A stretch of 64,000 nucleotides of DNA from an uncultured Planctomycetaceae bacterium (GTDB lineage Bacteria; Planctomycetota; Planctomycetia; Isosphaerales; Isosphaeraceae). Position numbers and translations under genes: made by a program. The notes beneath the pieces were generated by a model that saw nothing but the letters and a program-made list of their open reading frames with translations, had not been told where the DNA came from and did no database searches. Positions 32,041-41,319 of this stretch are shown in pieces (the first letter of the stretch is position 1; each line of letters begins with the position of its first letter). The DNA is taken from positions 5,152,001-5,216,000 of the forward strand of contig CAWIAD010000002.1 in assembly GCA_963833985.1 (NCBI GenBank), read 5' to 3'.

Positions 32041-35000
32041 TCAAGAGCAGCCCATGCTGTTGCCGCAGTTGAAGCAGCGGTAGCAGGTGCCGCAGCGGAC
32101 GGTGAGAGCGCCGCAGTTGTCGCAGGCGGGCGCGTCGCTCTGGAAGTGGGCGAACTGGCGGTCCTGCTCGCTCAGGCCGTCGCTGAGCTGGGCTTCTTCC
32201 ACGTCCACGACAGACTGCGGTGCGGCCTGCTGAAGGGCCTTGGCACCCATCACGGCCTCGGCATGCTCGAGATCGGCGATCGTGGCCGAGCGCAGGCCGT
32301 TGACCTTGAGCACAGGCGCGGCAAGTGGGGCCGGTTCGGCTTCGTCGGGGCCTGGGCGGCGGGGCGCGTTCGCCTCGCGGTAGCCGGGAATGAACTCCAT
32401 GCCCATCCAGCGGAAGATGTAATCGGCAATGCTCTTGGCGATCGGGATATCGGGGTTCTTGGTGAACCCGGCGGGCTCGAAGCGGCTGTGGGCGAACTTG
32501 TTGACGAAGACCTCCAGCGGCACGCCGTACTGCAAACCGATCGAGATGGCCGTCCCCAGCACGTCCATCAGGCCGCCGATGGTCGAGCCTTCCTTGGCCA
32601 TGGTGATGAACAGTTCGCCGGGGCGGCCGTCGGGGTAGAAGCCGACGTTGATGTAGCCCTCGTGGCCCTGGATGTCGAACTTGTGGGTGACACTCCGGCG
32701 GGTGTGGGGCAGGCGCTCGCGGCGCGGCTGGTAGATGATCTGCGGAGCCGGCGCAGGAGCCGGCGCTTCGGCGGGGGCGGGCGCCGGCGCGGATGCCGCG
32801 ACGTCCTTCGCCTTCTGCCTCTCCTTCGACTCGTCCTTGGTGGAAACCGGCTGGCTTCCCTTCGAGCCGTCGCGGTAGATGGCCAGCGCCTTGAGGCCCA
32901 GCCTCCAGCCTTCCAGGTAGGCGCCGCGGATGTCCTCGACCGTGGCGTCGTTGGGCACGTTGCAGGTCTTGGAGATCGCACCGGAGAGGAACGGCTGCAC
33001 GGCGGCCATCATCTTCAGGTGGCCGCGGAAGTGGATGCTGCGGCCGCCTTGCGGCGGTGCGAAGGCGCAGTCGAAGACCGGCAGATGCTCCTCGCCAAGC
33101 CCCGGCGCCTGCTCGATGGTGTCGTGCTCGTCGATATGCTGGAGGATGCCGCGGATCACCGGCTCGTCGTAGCCCAGCTTCTGCAAGGCCATGGGGACGG
33201 TCCGGTTGACAATCTTGAGCATGCCCCCGCCGGCCAGTTGCTTGTACTTGACCAGCGCGATGTCGGGTTCGATGCCGGTGGTGTCGCAGTCCATCATGAA
33301 GGCGATCGTGCCGGTGGGGGCCAGCACCGTGACCTGGCTGTTGCGATAGCCGTGCTTGCGGCCGTGGTCCAGGCACTCGCCCCAGACCGCGCTGGCCGCG
33401 GCCCGCAGCTCAGCGGGCGCACGGTCGTCGATTGCCAGGGCCGCGGCACGGTGCATCTCCATGACCTTGAGCATCGGCTCGCGGTTCAGGCCAAAGCCCT
33501 CAAAGGGGCCAAGATGCGCGGCGTGCTCGGCGCTCGTGAGATAGCACTGGCCGTGCATGATCGCCGTGATCGACGCGGCCAGCGACCGGCCGGCGTCCGA
33601 ATCATAGGGCAAACCGCAAGCCATGAGCAGGCTGCCCAGGTTGGCATAACCCAGCCCCAGAGGCCGGAAGCGATGGCTGTTCTGAGCGATCTTCTCCGTG
33701 GGATAGCTGGCGTGATCGACGAGGATCTCCTGAGCGGTGATGAAGATGCGCACAGCCGCCCGGAACAACCCGACGTCGAAGCTGCCATCCTCGCGGTAGA
33801 ACTTCATCAGGTTCAGCGACGAGAGGTTGCAGGCCGAATCGTCGATGAACATGTACTCGCTGCACGGGTTCGACGAGTTGATGGGCGCGGTATTGGGGCA
33901 GGTATGCCAGCGCTGGATCGTGTCTTCGTATTGCATGCCCGGGTCGCCGCACAGCCAGGTGCCCTCGGCAATTCTGTCCAGCAGTATCCCGGCCCTGTGC
34001 GCCTGCATGGGACGGCCCGTGGTCACCGCCCGCGTGGTCCAGTCCTGGTCGTTCTCGGCGGCCTTCAAGAACGCGTCGCTGCACCGGACCGAGAGATTGG
34101 CGTTCTGGAACATCACCGAGCTGTAGGCGTCACCGTTGAAGTTCGCCTCGTAGCCCTCGCGGATCAGCGCCTGGGCCTTGGCTTCCTCCTTGGTCTTGCA
34201 CTCGATGAACTCGAGGATATCGGGATGCCAGCACTTGAGAGTCTGCATCTTCGCGGCGCGGCGCGTCTTGCCGCCCGACTTGACCACGCTGGCGATCGCG
34301 TCGTAGACCCGCATGAAGCTGACCGGACCGGAAGGCTTGCCGCCGCCGGAGAGTTTCTCGCGGCTGGAACGCAGGGTCGAGAGGTCCGTTCCGGTCCCCG
34401 AGCCGAACTTGAAGAGCATGGCCTCGCTGTGGGCCAGCCGCATGATGCTCTCCATGTCGTCGCTGACGCTCTGGATGAAACAGGCCGACGCCTGGGGCGT
34501 CTGGTAGGCGCTGGTGGCGCGGACCACCGTGCGCGTCTCCTCGTCCCACCTCCAGTTGTTGGCGGGACCGGCAAGGCCGTAACAGTGGAAGAGCCCGACG
34601 TTGAACCAGACCGGCGAGTTGAACGAGCCGTACTGGTTCACGCACAGCGAGGTCAGCTCGTCGTAGAAACGCTCGGCGTCCTCGGGGGTGGCGAAGTAGC
34701 CGTCGTCCCGTCCCCAGTCGGCGATGGTCCGGGTCACACGGTGAATGAGCTGGCGCACCGAGTACTCGCGCTTCCCCTCCGACGGAGAGCCGTTGCCGCT
34801 GGCCACGTCGCCATAGAAGTACTTGCTGGCCACCACGTTGGTGGCAAGCTGGCTCCAGTTCCGGGGAATCTCGCAATCGGCCTGCTGGAAGAGGGCCCGC
34901 CCGCGCTCGTCCTTGATCTCGGCGGTCCGCAAGTCCCACTCGATCCGGTCAAACGGGCTCGTCCCCTCGGTGCTGAAGACCCGGGGGACCCCCATCCCCG

Positions 35001-35094
35001 CTCGTTTCCGGCCCCGTTCCCGGGCGCCCTCCGCCTCCGCTCCCGCTTGCCCCGCGGCGGTCACCGATCCTGCCCGTTCGCCTACTGCTGCCAT
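32041..35094 (-). CDS. nrdJ: Adenosylcobalamin-dependent (class II) ribonucleotide reductase
   Basis: 'FNSPVWFN', 'QASACFI', 'SGGKTRRAAKM', catalytic 'NPCSEY', 'APTGTI', TSCPD-like domain and C-terminal Zn ribbon CDNC...CFNC; no intein visible. Confidence 0.95.
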   Translation of the reverse strand: MAAVGERAGSVTAAGQAGAEAEGARERGRKRAGMGVPRVFSTEGTSPFDRIEWDLRTAEIKDERGRALFQQADCEIPRNWSQLATNVVASKYFYGDVASGNGSPSEGKREYSVRQLIHRVTRTIADWGRDDGYFATPEDAERFYDELTSLCVNQYGSFNSPVWFNVGLFHCYGLAGPANNWRWDEETRTVVRATSAYQTPQASACFIQSVSDDMESIMRLAHSEAMLFKFGSGTGTDLSTLRSSREKLSGGGKPSGPVSFMRVYDAIASVVKSGGKTRRAAKMQTLKCWHPDILEFIECKTKEEAKAQALIREGYEANFNGDAYSSVMFQNANLSVRCSDAFLKAAENDQDWTTRAVTTGRPMQAHRAGILLDRIAEGTWLCGDPGMQYEDTIQRWHTCPNTAPINSSNPCSEYMFIDDSACNLSSLNLMKFYREDGSFDVGLFRAAVRIFITAQEILVDHASYPTEKIAQNSHRFRPLGLGYANLGSLLMACGLPYDSDAGRSLAASITAIMHGQCYLTSAEHAAHLGPFEGFGLNREPMLKVMEMHRAAALAIDDRAPAELRAAASAVWGECLDHGRKHGYRNSQVTVLAPTGTIAFMMDCDTTGIEPDIALVKYKQLAGGGMLKIVNRTVPMALQKLGYDEPVIRGILQHIDEHDTIEQAPGLGEEHLPVFDCAFAPPQGGRSIHFRGHLKMMAAVQPFLSGAISKTCNVPNDATVEDIRGAYLEGWRLGLKALAIYRDGSKGSQPVSTKDESKERQKAKDVAASAPAPAPAEAPAPAPAPQIIYQPRRERLPHTRRSVTHKFDIQGHEGYINVGFYPDGRPGELFITMAKEGSTIGGLMDVLGTAISIGLQYGVPLEVFVNKFAHSRFEPAGFTKNPDIPIAKSIADYIFRWMGMEFIPGYREANAPRRPGPDEAEPAPLAAPVLKVNGLRSATIADLEHAEAVMGAKALQQAAPQSVVDVEEAQLSDGLSEQDRQFAHFQSDAPACDNCGALTVRCGTCYRCFNCGNSMGCS

Positions 35095-35611
35095 GTGCTC
35101 GACTCCATCTGAGACGACGACCTGGACCGATCCTCAAAAAAGATCGGTGCCCAGCGTAGCCACTTTATGTCCAAAAGTCCAGAGGTGCATCTTCGTCTAG
35201 CTAAGAATCGGCAGTTCGCGCCGGCTCCATGAGATCCAGCAGTCCGGCACTCGCTCGCAGAGTATCCATCAAAGAGCAGGGTTTCCGGAAGTCCTCATCG
35301 CATTCCCTTGCTGCACGACTGCACTTAGCAAACGCAATGCCGCGCCCAAACTGATGCCGCTCAATACTTAGAGACACCCCCAAGTAGTGTACGGCATAGC
35401 GGCCGCCGTGATCGCGCAGATCGACCATTGACCCGGTCCGGCCGGCGCTACACCGCCCCGATCAACGGGCTCCTCGAGTGGCTCGCCGCGACTTCATCAT
35501 GGTAAGCATTGGCCACCTGAATGGAAGAAAAAAACGTCTTATCCGCCAAAAATGACGAGTTTGGCCAATGCTCTGTTTGATGGGACAGGGCCCAGTCCTG
35601 GGAAAGTGCGG

Positions 35612-35932
35612 TCAGCGCGACGCTGCCACGCTGGTGATCCGCACGGTCGTGTAAGATTGCCGGTGGCCCCGGCGGCGCCGTACGTTCTTGCGGCGACGGA
35701 ACTTTTGAATGATGATCTTCTTCGTACGGAACTGGTCCACGACGACGGCGCGAACTTCGGCGCCCTCGATCACAGGAGTACCGATGGTCGGACCGGCCGG
35801 GGCTCCGGCGATCAGCAGGACTTTGGGAAAGACGACTTCGTCCCCTGCCTTCCCATCGCGCCGGTCGACCCGTACATGGTCCCCTTCGCTGACCCGAAAC
35901 TGATGGCTGCCGTCTTCAAAAATTGCATACAT
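35612..35932 (-). CDS. rplU: 50S ribosomal protein L21
   Basis: 'MYAIFEDGSHQFRVSEG...KFRRRKN.RRRRGHRQSYT'. Confidence 0.95.
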   Translation of the reverse strand: MYAIFEDGSHQFRVSEGDHVRVDRRDGKAGDEVVFPKVLLIAGAPAGPTIGTPVIEGAEVRAVVVDQFRTKKIIIQKFRRRKNVRRRRGHRQSYTTVRITSVAASR

Positions 35933-36213
35933 TCCGAGCGCTCCTTGCGAGGACTCAAACTCACTCGATCAGGACGTCGCCGCCGTCCCGAGTTCCATAA
36001 TGCCTCGCGACCCGTACGAGTTCACCGGGCAGGTCCACTGGCCTTCCACGTGTGATGGGTAAAGTTCGGATTGTACTGGCCCGCACCCGAAAATAAAAGA
36101 GCCCTGCGGTCCGTACGCAACAGCTCGCCGGCCTTCGGACGGCGCCGCACCTGGAAACGGAACTCCTGTTCCTGAAGCCTTTTAGTTCGACAGGCCCGAA
36201 CCTCTCGTTGTAC

Positions 36214-36242
36214 TTGACAGGGTTCCCGCTCCGGAGTATGAA
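36214..36242 (+). promoter_or_regulatory. Sigma70-type promoter
   Basis: TTGACA-N17-TATGAA upstream of the gene at 36306. Confidence 0.5.
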
Positions 36243-36305
36243 ACCCTTGAGCCAGCCGATGTTGCGGCATGCCGTCGAGTCTTCGCGGCAGCCGAGCATG
36301 AGGAA

Positions 36306-37056
36306 ATGCCGTTGGTCGTCTTTGAAATGCTCGTCAAGGTCGCCTGCCTGCCAGCTCTCTGCGTGATCGGCGATCACGGCGGCCCGCCCGCGGCACGCGA
36401 TCCCCAGGCGCGGGCAGCCGGCCCGGTCCGGCAGGCCACGCCCGCACCCGCGCCGGCCGCCCATTCCCAGGCGGAAGCCACGAGGCAAAGAGTCGATGAT
36501 CCCGCAACGCAGGCCAGTTCCGCCGAGCTTCGGCGACTCGACAGCATGCACCAGATGGTCATTTCCAGCCAACCGGTCGCGGAATGGCGGTTCGAGACCA
36601 TCCGACTGGGCTATCAGAGGCTGCTCAAGCAGGCCGGGAGCGACCTCGAGCTGGAAGAAGCCCTGCGCACCCGGCTGAACCGGCTCACCCAGCACGAGCA
36701 GGCAGCCAGGGCAGCGCGGAGCATCGAATCGATCCTGGCCGAAAGCCATCGCAGGGACCACGACGTGGCCGCCATCCGCAGGAAGCTTGCACAGGTGGAG
36801 CGGAGCCGGGCTGCGCAGTTATGACGCGGTCGGATTTGTCCAGCCCTCGGCCCGGCAGGTGGATGGCCACAGGGTGTACGCCCTGATCGGCCGGCAGGGC
36901 TCGACGATCGCTTACCTCGACATCCCTCCCGGGCTTGACCCCCAGCCGTTCCTGGCACGCCGCATCGGCGTGCGCGGCCAGGCCCACTACAGCGAGGATC
37001 TCGGCACCCGGCTCATCTCCGTTCGCGACATGGAGAACCTCGAGGCCCGGAAGTAA
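36306..37056 (+). CDS. Hypothetical protein (coiled-coil plus small beta C-domain); frameshift near 36810
   Basis: ORFs 36306-36824 and 36787-37056 join into one coherent protein. Confidence 0.55.
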
Positions 37057-37103
37057 CAACACTCGCTGATTCCGAGCAGGTGAACACTGGCCTGCCGGAC
37101 GCG

Positions 37104-38630
37104 TCAGCGATTCACTCGGCTGATCAGGTCGAGCACGGCCCTGGAAACTCCTGGCCCGGGCGGGAAGTGGCCCTCGCCTTCCCGGATGATGACCGTGATC
37201 GGGCCGCCAAGCTCATGGTATCGCTGCTCCACGACGCGTGTCTGGCTCTCCAGCCATGGGTCGAGGCTGCCGCAGAGGTGGATGAGCGGCACGCCGGCCC
37301 TTGCCAGGACGTCCAGATGATCGAGCAGCGGACCTTTGGTCATGAGGCTGCGCAGGGCGGGGTTCTCGGCGTAGATGCACGCGACCTGTGCGGGATGCGC
37401 AATGGCCCAGGCGTATGCCTCTCCGGCGCCCGTGCCGGTGCCTTCCAGCACGGGCTTCCTGGAAAAGCCGCGGTCGGTGAAGAAGCGGTAGACAGCATCC
37501 CACTGTTCCCGGACCGGTCCGGACTGGGCGGTGACGGGGGCCGCGACGATGTGGAACCCCCTGGCAAGCAGCTCCAGGTCAAGAGCCTCCGCAGCGCGGC
37601 CGATCCGATTGGCCCGGAACACCCAGGGCTTACCCGGCGCGACCGCCGCGGGCACGATCACCGTCATGCCTGTCACTCCCCAGGGGCTCTTCGTCGTGGC
37701 GTCGTATCGGTCGTAGCACGCCACGAACCCCGGCCCGCGGCAGACCGCATAGGTATTCTCTTCCTCGAGCTTACTGTACGTGCTGGCGAAGCTGTAATGA
37801 GACGACCGAGCAAACGAGTCGTCGGCGAAATCAGGGCGAGGTGCGGGCGATCGGCTGTTCTGCTCGATCCAGTCGGCGATGCGTTTGGGGTTGCGCAGGC
37901 TGTGCGGATGGTGCGCCGCGCCTTCCTTGATCAGCACCGTGATCCGCCCGCCCAGTTCGTGGTAGCGACTCTCGATGGCCAGCGTATGGCGCTCCAGCAG
38001 GAAGTCGAGGCTGCCGCAGATATTCAGAAGAGGGATGTCGCGCCGGGCCAGCTCGTCAAGGCTGGCGAAGGCGGCCGGCCGGATCGCGGGGTTGTCGGCG
38101 TAGATGCAGGATACCTTGTCGGGGTGCGCCGCGGTCCAGTCGTACTCGTTGACCCCTCCCTTGCTCATGCCGATGAACGCGGGCTTGCCGGCGAGCCCGT
38201 GCTTCCCGGTCAGGTACGCGTACCAGGCATCCCAGGTTTTGTCCGGATCCGGAGTGATGAAGACCACGTGAAAACCCCGGCGGAGCAATTCCAGCTCGGC
38301 CTGGGGCTCGTGGTCCCAGTAACAGCCGCGCCAGGTCCAGGGGCTGCCCGGCGCGACCGTGCGAGGAGCCACCACGATGCAGCGCCGCTTGCCTGGAGGC
38401 GGAGGCTTGACTCCGAAGCGTTCGTCCGTAGCCCTCTGGAACGGCTCGACGGACAGGGATTGCTCGTCCATCACGAAGTCGTAGCGGTCAAATTCGCCAT
38501 GCCAGTCGGTGTGCTGCCCCGTGAACGGGGTGTACTCCGCGCTCCTGGTGGCGGGTAGCACCCCGAGCAGCGTCGCCAGCAGAATGGCAGACGGCCCCCG
38601 GCGCAGTCGGATCAACCATTGCAGGTTCAT
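37104..38630 (-). CDS. Secreted tandem alpha/beta-hydrolase-fold protein
   Basis: Two internal repeats (APG.PW...ELL.RGFH...CIYA.NPA...CGSLD...YHELGG.ITV.I.EG..H). First has GMSKGG; second has GTGTGA with no nucleophile Ser. Confidence 0.75.
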   Translation of the reverse strand: MNLQWLIRLRRGPSAILLATLLGVLPATRSAEYTPFTGQHTDWHGEFDRYDFVMDEQSLSVEPFQRATDERFGVKPPPPGKRRCIVVAPRTVAPGSPWTWRGCYWDHEPQAELELLRRGFHVVFITPDPDKTWDAWYAYLTGKHGLAGKPAFIGMSKGGVNEYDWTAAHPDKVSCIYADNPAIRPAAFASLDELARRDIPLLNICGSLDFLLERHTLAIESRYHELGGRITVLIKEGAAHHPHSLRNPKRIADWIEQNSRSPAPRPDFADDSFARSSHYSFASTYSKLEEENTYAVCRGPGFVACYDRYDATTKSPWGVTGMTVIVPAAVAPGKPWVFRANRIGRAAEALDLELLARGFHIVAAPVTAQSGPVREQWDAVYRFFTDRGFSRKPVLEGTGTGAGEAYAWAIAHPAQVACIYAENPALRSLMTKGPLLDHLDVLARAGVPLIHLCGSLDPWLESQTRVVEQRYHELGGPITVIIREGEGHFPPGPGVSRAVLDLISRVNR

Positions 38631-38645
38631 GGCGTGCTGTTCCCG

Positions 38646-39995
38646 TCAGTGCTGGGGAAAAGGGATCGTCTCGGGTATGCTCCGCGACAGCGGAGCATCG
38701 CCGCGGATCATCCGGGTCGCCGCGCCCGTCAACCTGAGGTACCAGTCGCCGGGCTTCCCCTCATAGGTCAGGAAGTATTTTCCCACGGGGACCTTGTCGG
38801 CCACCTTGTAGATGGCCGTTCCCTCGTCGACCTCGTCGAACATGCCCACGAAGACGGTGCGGATTCCCAGCTCCCGGAAGATCGCGATCTGGCGCCAGAA
38901 GAAGGCGCCTCCGCGGCGATCGATCTTTGTGCGGCCCGGCGCGGTCCTGCGCAGGTTGTCCCAGGAGAAACCCGGGAAGGCCGTTGGCATGTAGCCCTTG
39001 CCGGCGGGGCTCAGCGCGGCGAGGTCGCCTTCCCAGACGGCCTTGCGAATGTGGTCCATGGACGCGTCGTCGCGATAGCGGCCGGGATCCCACGGGCTGA
39101 TCGCGTCGAAGGAACGATAGACCGGGAGCCAGGCGGGGTCGGGCCGGGATTCGCCGCGGAGCGTGCGCCAGAAGGGATCGACGCCGCCGATCAGGTAAAC
39201 GCCCCCGTACCTGGGATCGTCCTTGAAGAAGGCGACCAGCTCCGCTCCTTGCTCGGGCGACCACGGGCGGTCCTTGAAACCAAGGCCCCAGAGCAGGACC
39301 ACCGGCTTGCCCTGGTGGTGCAGGTAGCGAGAATCGTCGCGCACCTTGACCTGGTCGCAGAGGAACTTCCAGTCGTCCATGACCATCCTGGTCGTGGCGC
39401 GGCGTCCCATCGACAGGTCGAGCATCATCGCCCAGACGCGGCCCTCGCGGTGGCAGCCCTCGCGGAGACTGGCCAGGACCCGGTTCACGTGGCGCGACCG
39501 CGCCGGGCTGGCCGCCTCGCCGATGAACCGGCTCACGAAGACGCCGTCGATGCCGTACTGCCGCATCCATCGGGTGTGCAGCAGGACCGGTCCCTTCCTG
39601 TTGGCACTGTAGAGCCGTGCGGCTGCGCCGTCGGGGAGCTTCAGCCCGGGAACCGCGCACAGGTCGTCGGATGCGTACTCGGAAACGTCCGGCCAGAGAT
39701 CGACGGTGAAGCGGCCCGCACCGGGCCGTTCAAGTCCCTGGCCCCAGTGCGTGAAGCCGAAGCCCGCGCCGTCGCAGGGGGTGTTGAACCACCCCTGGTA
39801 CCCGCAGAGAACCTTGCCGTCGAGCGTCGTGGCGTCGACGTCGGAGCGGGTCGGACCGGCGTAGGGATGCAGCCAGGGCTCGTCGTCCGGAGTATCGGCC
39901 GCGGGGGTGCGCCCTGAAAGCCATGCCAGCAAGGTAACAGCCAGGACAGCTCGTCGCCAGCGGCGTTGCGTTGGTGGATGGCCTGGTAACTTCAT
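38646..39995 (-). CDS. Secreted GH71/GH99-like glycoside hydrolase
   Basis: 'KVLCGYQGWF', 'WMRQYGIDGVF', 'YLHHQGKPVV', 'FPGFSWDNL', 'MFDEVDEGTAI'. Start overlaps the upstream stop (ATGA). Confidence 0.8.
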   Translation of the reverse strand: MKLPGHPPTQRRWRRAVLAVTLLAWLSGRTPAADTPDDEPWLHPYAGPTRSDVDATTLDGKVLCGYQGWFNTPCDGAGFGFTHWGQGLERPGAGRFTVDLWPDVSEYASDDLCAVPGLKLPDGAAARLYSANRKGPVLLHTRWMRQYGIDGVFVSRFIGEAASPARSRHVNRVLASLREGCHREGRVWAMMLDLSMGRRATTRMVMDDWKFLCDQVKVRDDSRYLHHQGKPVVLLWGLGFKDRPWSPEQGAELVAFFKDDPRYGGVYLIGGVDPFWRTLRGESRPDPAWLPVYRSFDAISPWDPGRYRDDASMDHIRKAVWEGDLAALSPAGKGYMPTAFPGFSWDNLRRTAPGRTKIDRRGGAFFWRQIAIFRELGIRTVFVGMFDEVDEGTAIYKVADKVPVGKYFLTYEGKPGDWYLRLTGAATRMIRGDAPLSRSIPETIPFPQH

Positions 39996-41273
39996 TGAAC
40001 GTGAGATCCTCTCGTTCCCCAGAGGTCCCGAATGGTCTCTTCGGTGTTGAAGCCCTGAGGGCAGGCGTCGCTGCGGGTGTTGGCCCAGTACCAGTGCGGG
40101 GCATCGGGCTTGCCGGGTGTCAGGACACGGCTGCCAGGCATTTGCAGGTGGCCGTCGAGATCCGTCTGTTTGAGCCACTTCCAGGCGTATCTGAGCCACA
40201 AGTTGCGCTCGGATTCGGGCTGAAGGGCAAACCAGGTGATCTCGTCCCATCCCCAGATGAACGGCGGCTTACCGGGCTTTCCCGGGTTGTGAGCGCCGAA
40301 GTTGTCGAATTCCACCAGGTATGGCAAATGCGAGCAGGACCAGCCGCTGGGCGTGACACCTCCACGGCTCTTGAGGTAGATTCCGTCGCTGTAGCCAACC
40401 TTGAGCTCTCCCTGAAACGGATGATCCGCGACCTCGGCGATGCGCATGGGGAAGGAGTGGAAATCGAAGAGCAGCTTGCCGTCTTCCACGTATCCTCCGG
40501 TGGGCGTGTGGGCATCGCAAAGCACGAAGTGTCTGCGGGCATGTTCGCGGGCGTACGCGCGCACCCGGCTCAGCATCTCGAGCCAGTGAACGTGGCCGGG
40601 ATCATGCTTGTCCATCAGGCCCACCTGGCCGAAGTGAATGGCCTCGATGCCGGCGTTGATGTAGCTGCGCGAGAAAGTCAAACCACATGCGCGTTTCGGG
40701 ACGGCTCATGTCCGGGACCGAGCCATGGCGCCCCCAGTGGTTCACGAAGCGGCCATCGGCGTAGAGCATGTCCTGGTACCGGAAGTGGCGGTCCTGAACG
40801 GGCAGCCCGAACGAGCGGAAGACTTCCTCGGGGACTGCGATCGATTCCACTCCCGGTGTGACGATCTCGAACTCGGCCGCCTGGAGGATGACCTCGGGGT
40901 CGGCCTCGTGGATCGCCCGGGCGTAGGGCTTCGCCGTTTTCAGGAAAACCGCGAGCTCCGGCTCACGGCCCCAGACCATGAGTGCCCGGCCCACGAACTT
41001 GGCCTTGCACGCCAGCAGGAGCCGCAGGTTGTCGTGGGGATCGACGCCCCGCTGGTTCCGCGGCCGGGTCAGGTCATCATGCAGAAGCTCCGTGAAGGAG
41101 ATCGATCGATCGAGATAGCTCTCGAGCACCGATCTCGGCATCGAGCCGTCGAACTGGAACGACTGGCCGAAGGCCGGCCCGCTCCAGCCCGTGAGTGCGG
41201 CCAGAAAACCGAAGACTCGCAGAGTGTCGCGAGCCGCCGTTCGCCCGATCGTCATGCCACTCGGTATCCGCAT
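39992..41273 (-). CDS. Secreted hypothetical protein (possible glycoside hydrolase barrel); frameshift near 40678
   Basis: Signal peptide; ORFs 40602-41273 and 39992-40681 join (SVPDMSRPETRMWF / SYINAGIEAIHFGQV). Confidence 0.6.
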
Positions 41274-41319
41274 CTGAGATCCTCAGCCTCCGTCCGTTTC
41301 CGTCATCTCCGGGGCCAGT

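Noticed and set aside
32146..35112. 988-aa ORF antisense to nrdJ, and similar long antisense ORFs (21110-23704, 45064-47043, 42905-44821, 1590-2996)
   Set aside because: Shadow ORFs expected opposite high-GC coding genes; no recognisable motifs, and the opposite strand carries clear genes.
35374..35390. acacccccaagtagtgt as an NrdR box upstream of nrdJ
   Set aside because: Only one half-site fits, the spacing is off by one base, and no second box was seen.
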